From Turneriella sp. (lineage in GTDB: Bacteria > Spirochaetota > Leptospiria > Turneriellales > Turneriellaceae), in contig CBDIID010000003.1 in the NCBI GenBank assembly GCA_965279515.1, positions 1,184,001-1,248,000 on the forward strand: a stretch of 64,000 nt of DNA. Direction: 5' to 3'. The translations under genes were made by a program, and so were the position numbers. Positions 19,857 through 29,973 of this stretch are shown in pieces. The notes below the pieces were generated by a model. The model was given only the letters and a program-made list of their open reading frames with translations. It made no database searches and was not told the DNA's origin. Every line of letters begins with the position of its first letter. Position 1 is the first letter of the stretch.

Positions 19857-20840
19857 ATGAATAAAAATTTCGGGACTATAGCTGCCTTGCTTATCATACT
19901 TTTACTACCGGCGGCAGCCTATTCTCAGAGTAACGGTGGCAATGTCGTAGTTATTTCTGACACGAGCGGACGGCCACTCACGGGACAAAATCAACTCTCT
20001 GATCGAGTAACCCTGATTGATGGCAGCGTACTCAACGGAAAAATTACAGAAATGACAGCGACCCGGGTGGTTATGCGCGTTTCAGGCACGGACTATATTG
20101 TCGACCCCGCACGCATAGCCAACGTTGAGCGCAATATCAACATGGATAACCTGGCTGACAAGCAGCGCCCGGTCTCGGTAAAAACCAAAGATGGCTCGCG
20201 CTTTCGCGGAAACATGAAGCGCGCCGATGCCAACATAACCTACATTCTAAGCGGTGGAAGTGAAATACCCGTGCGCAATGATCAGATCGAGAGCATCGAA
20301 TACCTCGACGTCGATAGAGTACGCCAAGGCGACGCTATTGCTGCGCGCCCGCCGAAATGGGAAATCACGCTCAAAGGCGGTTCGATGTTCGTACAGCCCG
20401 GCACATTTAATGGGCTTCTCGCACCGGGATATTTTGGCCTGGCACAGATCGAATATCCGGCTTTTCAATTGCCACTCAAATTGCGCGTAGCGCCGGGGCT
20501 TCAAACCGGCTACTTAACCAACGCCGGAAAATCGGACAACAGCACTAAAATAAATCTATTTCCGGGATTGATCACGGTCACTGTTAGCTACCAGGTTTTC
20601 GACCTCCCGCTCGACATCTTCGCTTCAGGACTCATGGGCGTAAATTTGACGCGCAGTATGATTGCCGGCGGCACGGAAAGGCTCTCGCTCGATCTTTCAT
20701 ACGGCGCCGAACTTGGCGCGAAATACCATATCAATGAACTGGTTAATGTTCGCCTGGCCGGCATCTGGCTTGCGGTTTCAGAAAGTACGTCGACGTTGAA
20801 TCACCTGGGCGCATACGCCGCCGTGGGTCTTAAATTTTAG
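19857..20840 (+). CDS. Putative outer-membrane beta-barrel protein with two small N-terminal domains
   Basis: RBS GGAGG before ATG 19857; signal peptide; two V.L/T.DGS...G repeats; alternating barrel-like strands ending in F. Confidence 0.7.
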   Translation: MNKNFGTIAALLIILLLPAAAYSQSNGGNVVVISDTSGRPLTGQNQLSDRVTLIDGSVLNGKITEMTATRVVMRVSGTDYIVDPARIANVERNINMDNLADKQRPVSVKTKDGSRFRGNMKRADANITYILSGGSEIPVRNDQIESIEYLDVDRVRQGDAIAARPPKWEITLKGGSMFVQPGTFNGLLAPGYFGLAQIEYPAFQLPLKLRVAPGLQTGYLTNAGKSDNSTKINLFPGLITVTVSYQVFDLPLDIFASGLMGVNLTRSMIAGGTERLSLDLSYGAELGAKYHINELVNVRLAGIWLAVSESTSTLNHLGAYAAVGLKF

Positions 20841-20853
20841 CAGGAGGATTAAA

Positions 20854-22101
20854 ATGAAAAACAAAATTTTAATATTAAGCGCGGCATTTTTAGCCGCAAT
20901 ACACTGTACGGCAAATTCAACCGTGCTGGGGGATACTGCCGCGTCTCTGCAAGGCACGACGACGAGCGCCGGTAACAGCGATGCCACGCTGGCGAAGAAG
21001 CTGCGGAGTATTTGGCTCGTTGGTGGTACCAGAACCGCAGGCTTGCCCGCGGCGGCAGTCGCCGTCGGGGCCATGGCGGCCACGTTAGATTATTACGATC
21101 CGATAACGAATACCTGGGCAAGCATAGATTCAACCGCCTGGACAGGTACATACAGTCCCCGTCTTGGCGCGGCCTACGCTGGGTATAATGGCAAAATATA
21201 CGTTATCGGAGGTTACGCGGAAGGTGCTTCCGTAGCCGCATCCCTCGCAACCACAACGACTCAAATCTATGATATCGCTACCAGTACCTGGTCAACAGGA
21301 ACGGCCCTGCCCGCCGCAATCGGTTCACCGGCCGCGACCCAGTTAGACGGGAAAATTTATATTTGGTCGGGCTCTTCAGGCGCAAACGCCAGCGTCTTTA
21401 CAGCAGGCCTCTTGCACAGTATCTACAATATTGCGGGGAATTCATGGAGCAATGCAACAGTTCCCGTAGCTGCTAACGCCGGCACTGAAATGTGCATGGT
21501 GCATGACGGTTTTAACTTTTTGAAAGTGGGCGGTAAAACCGCGGCAGCTACCGTCGCGGCAATTGCAAGCTACATCGCCATAGACAAATCAACCTCCCCA
21601 TTTACGAATACCGGGCTCACGATGATCGCCACGGGAATGACGGTACGCACGGGCGCAAGCTGCCTCTATATACCGGCAACATCCGGCTCGAATGCAAAAT
21701 TGATGCTTATTGGCGGTTACTCCACCGTAGCAGCGAACACCACGCCGTTGTCTGCATTGGTTACGGGCACGGTAACCACATCCTTAGTCACATCGAATCT
21801 ATCGCAGTATGCCACTGATCCTTTTACAAATGCCTGGAATAGTACGCCCAATCTACCTGCAGCGCTGGCTAACGGCGCCGCCGTATTACAGGGGACAACG
21901 ATGTATTATATGGGCGGTAACAGTTTTAATGCCGCCGTTGCGGCGATGTCAGCCGCTTCTGCCTCAAGTGCTCCGGTTACCTCAGTCTATGCGGCCGACT
22001 CAAGCATTGGTTTCTGGCAGGCGAAAATTCCTAACACAACGACGTCAATTCCAGCCATGCCAACGGCCCGGTGGGGTCACGGCGCGGTATTGGTGCAATA
22101 G
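20854..22101 (+). CDS. Kelch-repeat lipoprotein
   Basis: RBS AGGAGG; lipoprotein signal ending AIHC; Kelch units (KIYVIGG, YDP.TNTW, MYYMGG, MPTARWGHGA). Confidence 0.82.
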   Translation: MKNKILILSAAFLAAIHCTANSTVLGDTAASLQGTTTSAGNSDATLAKKLRSIWLVGGTRTAGLPAAAVAVGAMAATLDYYDPITNTWASIDSTAWTGTYSPRLGAAYAGYNGKIYVIGGYAEGASVAASLATTTTQIYDIATSTWSTGTALPAAIGSPAATQLDGKIYIWSGSSGANASVFTAGLLHSIYNIAGNSWSNATVPVAANAGTEMCMVHDGFNFLKVGGKTAAATVAAIASYIAIDKSTSPFTNTGLTMIATGMTVRTGASCLYIPATSGSNAKLMLIGGYSTVAANTTPLSALVTGTVTTSLVTSNLSQYATDPFTNAWNSTPNLPAALANGAAVLQGTTMYYMGGNSFNAAVAAMSAASASSAPVTSVYAADSSIGFWQAKIPNTTTSIPAMPTARWGHGAVLVQ

Positions 22102-22523
22102 TGGTACCCACGGTGACAGGCAAGGCATATCTTTTGATACCGGTCCTAACGCTTGCCTGCGCCGGCAAAGTGCTGCGCCCGGGTGACAGCGACATACTCA
22201 GGCAGAGCGACGGAAAAGAAATCGGTTCTGTGCGTCAGGTAAATGTTACCGAACGTGAATATTTTTACGACAGTAACCAGGACCAAAAACCCGAATTCCA
22301 GTGGAAAACCAAAAGCGGGGCAATGGTTGTGTTTGAAAAATTCAATACCCACACAGGAAAAATGAGTTCGCGCTCGTACTATGTCAATGGCAAGCTCAAC
22401 TATGTGGAAGTCTATTTCCCCGATGGAAGTATGCGCGGCATTGTCAGCTATCCCGATGGTCAGACGGCGCGCAGCGTTGAGCTGCCCCGGCGTAAAAGGC
22501 TGGTCGAGTTTGTTTCGCGGTAG
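22101..22523 (+). CDS. Small lipoprotein with MORN-variant-like segments
   Basis: GTG start overlaps the upstream stop; lipobox LTLAC; YYVNGKL / YFPDGS / YPDGQ segments. Confidence 0.55.
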   Translation: MVPTVTGKAYLLIPVLTLACAGKVLRPGDSDILRQSDGKEIGSVRQVNVTEREYFYDSNQDQKPEFQWKTKSGAMVVFEKFNTHTGKMSSRSYYVNGKLNYVEVYFPDGSMRGIVSYPDGQTARSVELPRRKRLVEFVSR

Positions 22524-22546
22524 CGATACGCCGCCCTACCGCTCAA

Positions 22547-23791
22547 CTAAGGATAAAGCAGGAAGTTTTTTCGCGCCGCCGCAAAAGCGGTGACGTCGGC
22601 AGCGATCAGCTGCTCGAGCGCCTGCGGCGACTCGCCTTTCGCGATACGCTCGATAAATGCCAGCTGGCCGATACCGTTACCGGTTCTCACCCAGTTCTTA
22701 TCGCGTGTCGCTTCAGGCAGATTTTTATAGATTTCCTGCGCGATCGTGACCAGCGTTCGCAGTGGCTGTATCTTGCGGCGATCGGTGACAATCAGGCGGA
22801 AGCCAGAACAACGCTTACGGCTATAAGCCGATCGCTCCGGCCGAAAACTGGCCGCGGCAAACTGAAGTCCCGGTAATTTCTTGGCGTTGAGTTCCTTCGC
22901 CATTTTTTTGCCGTTAAAAAACGGCGCGCCAAAGTACTGGAACGGTTTACGCGTGCCGCGCCCGACGCTGATGTTCAGCGCCTCGAGCGAGCCCGCCAGG
23001 TGGTAGCCAATCACCGAATTCATATCGACGATACTCGGGCTCGGGTTACGCCAGGGCAATCCCGTCTGGTCGTAAAACATCGCATGTTTATAGCCCGAAA
23101 GTTTCAAGACCTCGATATTTGCCCCGATCTGAAAATTCGCATTATAATACTGGGCAAGCTCGCCAATCGTCATCGCATGCGTGATCGGTATCGGGTAATA
23201 TCCCGCGAAACCGCCGTGAAACTTACTCTCGAGAATCGGCCCGTAAATACCGAGCGCGGCGGCCATATTGGGCCGGTCGAGAATCAGCATGGGTTTCCCC
23301 GCACTTTTCGCCGCCTTCATCGCCATCGCCATGGTGCTGCCATAGGTATAATACCTGACACCGATTTCCTGAATATCGAAGATGAGGATATCCACATCCT
23401 TTAGGTCTTCGTCGCTCGGGGCCTTCTTTTTCCGCTGGTAAAGCGAGACGATCGGAATTCCCGTTTTGGTGTCTTTGCCGTCGGCAACATGGTCATCGAC
23501 CTTGCCGCGCACGCCGTGCTCGGGTGCAAAGATGCGTACGATTTTGTATTTCGGATGCAGCAGGTCGATGATGTGACGACCACGCGCGTCGATGGCGCTG
23601 TGGTTAACGATCAGGGCAATACGTTTATCTTTCAGCCACTGGTCTGGCTTCTGCATCAGCTCGTCGAGCCCGGTGCGAACCTTAACCTTTTTCGCTGCAT
23701 CGAGCGAACCCACGATTAAAAACAGACAGATAAAAAAATACCGAAGACCCATATATCTAGATCGGCTGCCTGCGCTGAATTTTGTAATCAT
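22547..23791 (-). CDS. Exo-beta-N-acetylmuramidase NamZ (DUF1343) family
   Basis: FAPEHGVRG, FDIQEIGVRYYTY, LDRPN, PSPS and SVGRGT motifs. Confidence 0.9.
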   Translation of the reverse strand: MITKFSAGSRSRYMGLRYFFICLFLIVGSLDAAKKVKVRTGLDELMQKPDQWLKDKRIALIVNHSAIDARGRHIIDLLHPKYKIVRIFAPEHGVRGKVDDHVADGKDTKTGIPIVSLYQRKKKAPSDEDLKDVDILIFDIQEIGVRYYTYGSTMAMAMKAAKSAGKPMLILDRPNMAAALGIYGPILESKFHGGFAGYYPIPITHAMTIGELAQYYNANFQIGANIEVLKLSGYKHAMFYDQTGLPWRNPSPSIVDMNSVIGYHLAGSLEALNISVGRGTRKPFQYFGAPFFNGKKMAKELNAKKLPGLQFAAASFRPERSAYSRKRCSGFRLIVTDRRKIQPLRTLVTIAQEIYKNLPEATRDKNWVRTGNGIGQLAFIERIAKGESPQALEQLIAADVTAFAAARKNFLLYP

Positions 23792-24934
23792 TTAGCCATG
23801 TGTGACAACGCGGTCGCGCCCGGCTGTTTTACCCGCATACATGCGGTTGTCGGCGATACGAATGAGATCATGGCTGTTCACACCATCGAGCGGGAAAAAC
23901 GCCACGCCCATCGTGGCCGACACCCGGATATCGCTATCGACCTTACGCAGGTTTTCGCGGAAACCATCGAGCCTGCGGATGAGTCCGGTAATCTCAGTCT
24001 CAGGCAGAATCAGGGTAAACTCTTCGCCGCCATAACGCGCGACCAGGTCGCTGTCGCGGAAAAAGGATTCGAGTTCGCGCCCTGCTTTCGCGAGCACCTC
24101 ATCACCCTTACCATGCCCGAAACCGTCGTTGATGCGTTTAAAAAAATCAATATCTAGAAACACCAAAGCGAACACACGTTTGTGGCGGCGGCATTCGGCA
24201 ACTTTATATTCAAGAAATTCATCGAAAAAACGGCGGTTATGGAGGCCTGTCAGTTTATCGCGCACCGACGAATGCCAGTAATTGCGGTTACGCACAACAA
24301 CAGCGGTTGCCAGCATTGTCGCGAGGGCTAAAAGAATCAGCCGGCTGATCTGCGTGTCCCAGCTGAACGTGCCGTAATCGGGGTCTGAGATACCGACGGT
24401 CATACGCGCCGCAAAGACGACGATCACGGCGTGCTGTACGATAGCCGAAATGCCGGCGGCAATGGAGACAACCGGGTCGGCGCGCAGCGCAGTTGCCGCC
24501 AGGGCGAGAAAATAAATGCAGTAATGGATAAAATTATTGCTGGCAATGATCGGTTTTTCCGACAGGAGAAATCCCACGGCGCCGAGCGTGATCATCAGCA
24601 CATCGAATTGCGTCGAAAACCATGGAATCCAGCGCGGCGGCTTGGGGCGACCCGCGGCGAAGACAATGCCGCCGGCAATAACCATGGCAAACGTTGCCAC
24701 AGTAACCCCCACCCAGTTTTCGATGAGCCGCGGCGCTAAGATCAGACTCTTCACGGGAATGATCGTCACAGCGGCGATGAGCACCAGGCGTATGCGTGCC
24801 GTCAAAAGCTCGCCGCTTTGCCCGATATCGACCGTCATCGGGTCGGTGCTGAAAAAAACTTCGCGCCAGAAGGAGTATGTCGAATGCGCGCGCTGGCGTT
24901 TCATGAGGGGCGAGAAGGATATTTCAGCGATCAT
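23792..24934 (-). CDS. Membrane-bound diguanylate cyclase
   Basis: N-terminal TMs; D.LTGLHNRR, DIDFFKRIND.FGH..GD, I-site RDSD and active site GGEEF. The start may be ATG 24904. Confidence 0.92.
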   Translation of the reverse strand: MIAEISFSPLMKRQRAHSTYSFWREVFFSTDPMTVDIGQSGELLTARIRLVLIAAVTIIPVKSLILAPRLIENWVGVTVATFAMVIAGGIVFAAGRPKPPRWIPWFSTQFDVLMITLGAVGFLLSEKPIIASNNFIHYCIYFLALAATALRADPVVSIAAGISAIVQHAVIVVFAARMTVGISDPDYGTFSWDTQISRLILLALATMLATAVVVRNRNYWHSSVRDKLTGLHNRRFFDEFLEYKVAECRRHKRVFALVFLDIDFFKRINDGFGHGKGDEVLAKAGRELESFFRDSDLVARYGGEEFTLILPETEITGLIRRLDGFRENLRKVDSDIRVSATMGVAFFPLDGVNSHDLIRIADNRMYAGKTAGRDRVVTHG

Positions 24935-24979
24935 CGGTCAAGTTTATTTGCCCCCTGACTCGACCCGGAACTTCGGCCC

Positions 24980-25405
24980 ATGGCGACGACGAAAATCACC
25001 ATGGAACGCATCGGCGAACCTTTCTATTTTGAACTGAAAAACAGCAGCGGCAACGTCGCGCATATCGATGCGGCACCCGCGATCGGTGGCACTGGCAAGG
25101 GCGTGCGGCCGATGGAGATGGTGCTCATGGGGCTTGCCGGTTGTTCGGGTATCGATGTCGTGAATATACTGCGTAAACAGCGCCAGACGATCGAAAATAT
25201 GCGGGTCGAAGTGGAAGGCGAGCGCGGCGAATCGCAGGAAGCGAACCCCTTCACGCACATTCGTGTAAAATTTTACCTGACGGGCGCGATCGACGAACAA
25301 AATCTTAAACGTGCGCTCGAGCTAACCTTCGACAAGTACTGCTCCGTAGCCAAGACCTTGGAAAAAACCGCAAAAATAGACTGGGAGTATAAACTCAATG
25401 GCTGA
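24980..25405 (+). CDS. OsmC/YhfA family protein
   Basis: RPME.VL.GLAGCSGIDV and KYCSV cysteine pair. Confidence 0.9.
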   Translation: MATTKITMERIGEPFYFELKNSSGNVAHIDAAPAIGGTGKGVRPMEMVLMGLAGCSGIDVVNILRKQRQTIENMRVEVEGERGESQEANPFTHIRVKFYLTGAIDEQNLKRALELTFDKYCSVAKTLEKTAKIDWEYKLNG

Positions 25406-26633
25406 TCCGCAGAAAGAAGAGACAAAAGCAAATGCCGCGCAGACGCCATCCGTGGCGACGGCAAAATTGGCGGGCTCGTCCCGCGCCATCCGCGAGCAGG
25501 TGCCGCGCAGTAAGGAGCGCGAGCACTCGGTGCCAATCTTCATGACTTCGAGCTTTGTATTCGACTCGGCCGAACAGGCGCGCGCGCTCTTTGCCGAAGA
25601 AGAGCATGGAAATATCTATACACGGTTCTCTAACCCGAACACCGACGAATTCGTGCGCAAGATGGCAGCGCTCGAACATTTGCCAGACGGTTTTGCCACG
25701 GCGTCGGGCATGTCGGCAATCTTTACCAGCATGGCTGCGCTGCTGAAAAGCGGCGATCATATTATTTCGGCGCGCAGCGTGTTCGGTTCAACGCACCAGA
25801 TTCTGACACAGATTTTTTCGCGCTGGGGCATCGAATTCAGCTATGTCGATATTGCAGACCAGTACGAATGGGAAAAGGCATTCAGGCCCAATACCAAAAT
25901 GCTGTTTCTCGAAACGCCATCGAACCCTGCACTCGACATCATCGATCTTGAGTTTGTCGGCAACCTGTGTAAAAAGAAAAAAGTTCTTTTGAATGTCGAC
26001 AACTGCTTCTGTACGCCTGCGCTGCAGACACCCGCAGATTATGGCGCCGACATTGTCATCCATTCGGCGACAAAATATATCGACGGCCAGGGCCGTGCTC
26101 TGGGCGGAGTGATTCTTGCACGCGCCGAAATCATGAAGGAAATACGTTTCTTCGCCCGCCACACAGGCCCTGCGCTCTCACCCTTCAATGCATGGATCTT
26201 TTCGAAGAGCCTCGAAACGCTCGACCTCAGGATGCATAAACATTCTGAAAATGCACTGGTATTGGCACTCGCCCTTCAGAAAAATCCCGAAATTGAAAAG
26301 GTCATCTACCCGTTTTTACCCGACCATCCCGGCTATGCAGTCGCAAAAAAACAGATGAAGACGGGCGGCGGCATCGTGACGCTGATCGTCAAGGGCGGCG
26401 TCGATCGCGGCCGCAGATTTTTAGACAGCCTCAGCATGATCTCACACACGGCGAACCTGGGCGATACGCGCACCATCGCCACACACCCGGCATCGACCAC
26501 ACACTCAAAACTTTCGGATGCAGACCGCGCGGCCGTTGGTATTCTGCCGGGCATGGTTCGTATTTCCGCAGGGCTTGAGAATACCGGCGATGTGCTGGCA
26601 GATATTGAAGGCGCACTGGACGCCTCCCGCTAA
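25398..26633 (+). CDS. metZ: O-succinyl/O-acetylhomoserine sulfhydrylase (Cys/Met PLP enzyme)
   Basis: EHSVPIFMTSSF, YTRFSNP, ETPSNP, HSATKYIDGQGR, NLGD.RT and HPASTTH motifs. Confidence 0.88.
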   Translation: MADPQKEETKANAAQTPSVATAKLAGSSRAIREQVPRSKEREHSVPIFMTSSFVFDSAEQARALFAEEEHGNIYTRFSNPNTDEFVRKMAALEHLPDGFATASGMSAIFTSMAALLKSGDHIISARSVFGSTHQILTQIFSRWGIEFSYVDIADQYEWEKAFRPNTKMLFLETPSNPALDIIDLEFVGNLCKKKKVLLNVDNCFCTPALQTPADYGADIVIHSATKYIDGQGRALGGVILARAEIMKEIRFFARHTGPALSPFNAWIFSKSLETLDLRMHKHSENALVLALALQKNPEIEKVIYPFLPDHPGYAVAKKQMKTGGGIVTLIVKGGVDRGRRFLDSLSMISHTANLGDTRTIATHPASTTHSKLSDADRAAVGILPGMVRISAGLENTGDVLADIEGALDASR

Positions 26634-26670
26634 AAAAAGCCCCGGGGGAGCTACCGGCAACCCCCGGGGC
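26632..26670 (-). terminator. Intrinsic terminator of the dabA-dabB-sulP-porin operon
   Basis: 10-bp GC stem (26639-26648 / 26661-26670) followed on the minus strand by a T7 tract; lies between convergent genes. Confidence 0.8.
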
Positions 26671-26695
26671 AAACACTGAGGAGGTAATGATAACG

Positions 26696-28363
26696 TTAAA
26701 GGGCGCCCGTGAGCTGAATGAAGGTCATGAACGCATCGGCTTTGAAATCCACACCGCGCGCCGCGGCCACGGCATCGCCCGCGTGCAGGTAGCCGACGCC
26801 GATCCACAATGAAAAGTATGTCGAGAACGGCTTCATCCACACAAGATCAACTTCCTGATACAAATTGCGGTTAAGACCCGATCCTTTCGAATTCGTCGCG
26901 CTTTCGCTGGAAGCGCCCGTATTCGCAGCGCCGCTAATCGCATACCAGGCGTCCTGCGGTGTCGCTTTCATCTCATAAAAATAATTCAGGAGAAAGTCGC
27001 CCCACTTACCGCCTTCGTAATACAACGAGACCGAAGGGGAGAACAGATTTTTCATCCCCATGTTTTCCGAAATACCGTTGAAGGTATTCAGGTAGGGAAA
27101 ACCTCCGAAACGCGGCCCTGGCAGCGTCTGGAAGGTGTCGACCGTCGATCCGGTACGGTTAGCAGTGCCGGGTGTATAGAAAGCTTGCACGCCCGCGCGC
27201 AAATCATCAAACACCCTGTAGCCCGCCTGGGCGAAGTATAACTGCCCCGCGTAGGTGCGTTCGGTCGTCGCGGCAACACCCGACGCATCAGTATAGATCA
27301 CATCCGAAGCGTTGCCCGCCTGAAAGGCAGCCTCCAGGGTGAAGTCGAAGCTTTTACCCGCGGGTAGTTTATTATTATCGATCCGGTTCGTGAGGCGGGC
27401 ACCGAAGGTGTAAAGATTCGAGCGCTGCGTCGGCAGCGTCGCCGAAGAGATAAGCACATCGGCTGTTGCACAACCAGCCCCACCCGCAGCGCAGACAGTG
27501 TCGATCGCGGTGTTGCGGAAAATGCCGATCGCGTAGAGATCGAGCCATGCGATATCCATCTTGAGTGTGTTGTAAAGGCCGACGAGATACGAATCGCCCT
27601 GTGCGGCGCTTGTATTCGTGACGCCCCCGTTAGGTACGTTATTCGCCGCGGACGATGTGCCTTTCACACCGAAGAGATGGCTCGAGATCATATCGTTATC
27701 AAACTTAATCAGAATGCCGTCGTACGAAAGGCCACCGAACGTCCAGTTCGCGCTGCCGATCATGCGTCCGTCGCCGTAAGCAAGCACCTGACGACCGAGT
27801 TGTACCCCTAAACCCGAAACACCGACGTTGCGGAACTGCACATATGCCTCGCGCGCGCCGACGGAGCTCTTGCTCATTGCGTCGCCGTTGTTGAAGAATG
27901 CGGCCCTGTCATCACCGGTTTTCGCGCCCCCGTCGCCACCCCAGACTCGGGCATCCTGCAGCGTCACTTTGATTTCAGCATCTTTTGTTGGGTTTACAAG
28001 AAACCAGATCTGCGATGTCTCGAAAAAGCGATCTATCTTCTGCGAATTCGACGCGCTGAAGTTCAGATTGTCGCGGAACTCGCCCCGGATGCGCGAATAG
28101 AGGCCGATACGCATGATATCACCAATCCACAAGCGCTTATTGTTCTTCACATTCGCTGCCAGCGCAGGATCAATCAGCATCGGCCGCATTGCGTCTGCGG
28201 GTAGCCCCTTTTCGATGTATGGGCTCGCAAAAGGAGCATCTTCAGGCCGGACAACTTCCGGTGTCGCGGTCGCTTCTGAGGGCGCTGGAATATTTTTACT
28301 ATTCGGCGCCGCCCAAAGAGACGGCGCAAACAGCAGCAGTGCGAAAAAGCGCCGCATAATCAC
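26696..28363 (-). CDS. Alginate-export-family outer-membrane barrel (porin)
   Basis: Signal peptide; R.R.E.R.N, LQDARVWG, REAY, GRQ.L.YGD.RMIG...W and ..DG motifs typical of this family. Confidence 0.8.
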   Translation of the reverse strand: MIMRRFFALLLFAPSLWAAPNSKNIPAPSEATATPEVVRPEDAPFASPYIEKGLPADAMRPMLIDPALAANVKNNKRLWIGDIMRIGLYSRIRGEFRDNLNFSASNSQKIDRFFETSQIWFLVNPTKDAEIKVTLQDARVWGGDGGAKTGDDRAAFFNNGDAMSKSSVGAREAYVQFRNVGVSGLGVQLGRQVLAYGDGRMIGSANWTFGGLSYDGILIKFDNDMISSHLFGVKGTSSAANNVPNGGVTNTSAAQGDSYLVGLYNTLKMDIAWLDLYAIGIFRNTAIDTVCAAGGAGCATADVLISSATLPTQRSNLYTFGARLTNRIDNNKLPAGKSFDFTLEAAFQAGNASDVIYTDASGVAATTERTYAGQLYFAQAGYRVFDDLRAGVQAFYTPGTANRTGSTVDTFQTLPGPRFGGFPYLNTFNGISENMGMKNLFSPSVSLYYEGGKWGDFLLNYFYEMKATPQDAWYAISGAANTGASSESATNSKGSGLNRNLYQEVDLVWMKPFSTYFSLWIGVGYLHAGDAVAAARGVDFKADAFMTFIQLTGAL

Positions 28364-29958
28364 CCTTGCCGTGCGGCCGCCGGATGATCAGAATACGGTT
28401 TCAGGTGCTCTATGTTATCGAATGCCAGCCGGCGGCCCTCGGCGGCAAGGCTATGTTCGATATCGGCCAGTGCCGCCATCGACGTGTGGTCGATATAGTG
28501 CACGTCGGTAAAATCGATCGCGATCTGTTTTTCCGGCGGATATTTTTCGATTTTGTCAGTCAGTGAGAAAAGATTCGTGAAAATCAGCGAGCCGCTCGCC
28601 TTCATCGTCACGCGATCCGTTTCTTCTTTAACTTCTGTGCGCAATTTGAAGAACTCTTTCGCCTTCACACCCCGGATGACGAGAATCAGCACTTTCATTA
28701 CAAGACCGGCCGCAATACCGACCAGAAGATCTTCGACGAGCGTGACGATCAGTGTCGTGAGAAAGATCATTAGCTGCTCTATCCCGGCGTCAAAAGCATG
28801 CTTGAATTCTGAGGGCCGCGCGAGACGAAACCCGACGAGAATCAGAATGCCGGCGAGCGCCGCGTTCGGTATCAGGTGGATGACTTCGGGAATTAAGAAC
28901 AGGAAAAACGCGAGAAAGACGCCGTGAAAAAAATTCGACCACTGTGTCTTAGCTCCGTTCGAAACATTTGCAGAGGAGCGTACAATCTCGGCGATGATCG
29001 GCAAGCCGCCAATTGCGCCCAACAGTATATTTCCCAGGCCATTGGCGACAATCTCCTTGTTAAGGTTCGTCTGGCGTTTTTGGAGGTCGAGTTTATCGAC
29101 GGCGCTGGCGCTGAGCAGGGATTCGAGACTCGCGACGAAATAAATCGCGAAAATGGTAACTAAAGAAGCGGGCGAGAAAATCATCGAAAAATCAGGCCGC
29201 GGTAACGCTGCGATAATCGAAGCGGGCAGGGTTACGAGAAATTTTTCGTCCAGAGCGTATTCATTGCCCATGAAAAAATAATGGTGCGCATGCTGAAGAT
29301 CGAAAAAAACCCCCAATAGCGCCGCGAAGATCACGGCAACAAGGGGAGCTGGAATTCTCTTCAGGATTTTCCATTTTGCGAACAGGAAAAACACCATGAC
29401 AGCAAGCGATAAAAGTCCGATCGCGGCAATTTCAGGGTTCATCACCTTCAGGCTGTGCGGAACTTCAGCGTAGAGTCCCAGGGGTGATTTCGCGGCGGGT
29501 GTCACGCCCAGAGCAATATGGACTTGTTTGGAGATGATAATCACGCCGATTGCGGCGAGCATGCCATGGATGACATTCACGGGAAAAAGCGCCGCGTAGC
29601 GGCCCAGTTTCAAGACCCCCGTGAGAATCTGAAATCCCCCCGCGACAATCATTGCGGCGAGAAATCTCTGGAACCCGGCTTTGATGTCGCCGAAGGCCAG
29701 GCTGTCAATACCGTGCTGCACAATGACTATAAGCCCCGCCGCAGGGCCGTGGATTGCCACGTTGGCGCCGGAGATGCGGGAGACTAAAATACCGCCGATC
29801 ACTGCAGCGATGAGCCCTGAGACCGCGGGTGACAGCGAGCCATTGCCAATCGAGGCACCGGCGATGCCGATGCAGAGCGGTAAGGCAATGAGCGACAGAA
29901 TGAAGCCCGCCGTGAGGTCGGACTTCCAGTGATTTTTCAGATCCGTTAAAGCTTTCAT
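28360..29958 (-). CDS. SulP/SLC26 anion (probably bicarbonate) transporter with STAS domain
   Basis: DL.AG....LIALPLC.GIA, GPAAGL, SLESLLSA.AVDKLD, EIVRSSAN and STAS YIDHT motifs; stop overlaps the porin start. Confidence 0.92.
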   Translation of the reverse strand: MKALTDLKNHWKSDLTAGFILSLIALPLCIGIAGASIGNGSLSPAVSGLIAAVIGGILVSRISGANVAIHGPAAGLIVIVQHGIDSLAFGDIKAGFQRFLAAMIVAGGFQILTGVLKLGRYAALFPVNVIHGMLAAIGVIIISKQVHIALGVTPAAKSPLGLYAEVPHSLKVMNPEIAAIGLLSLAVMVFFLFAKWKILKRIPAPLVAVIFAALLGVFFDLQHAHHYFFMGNEYALDEKFLVTLPASIIAALPRPDFSMIFSPASLVTIFAIYFVASLESLLSASAVDKLDLQKRQTNLNKEIVANGLGNILLGAIGGLPIIAEIVRSSANVSNGAKTQWSNFFHGVFLAFFLFLIPEVIHLIPNAALAGILILVGFRLARPSEFKHAFDAGIEQLMIFLTTLIVTLVEDLLVGIAAGLVMKVLILVIRGVKAKEFFKLRTEVKEETDRVTMKASGSLIFTNLFSLTDKIEKYPPEKQIAIDFTDVHYIDHTSMAALADIEHSLAAEGRRLAFDNIEHLKPYSDHPAAARQG

Positions 29959-29973
29959 ATTAGGCTCCTTAAA

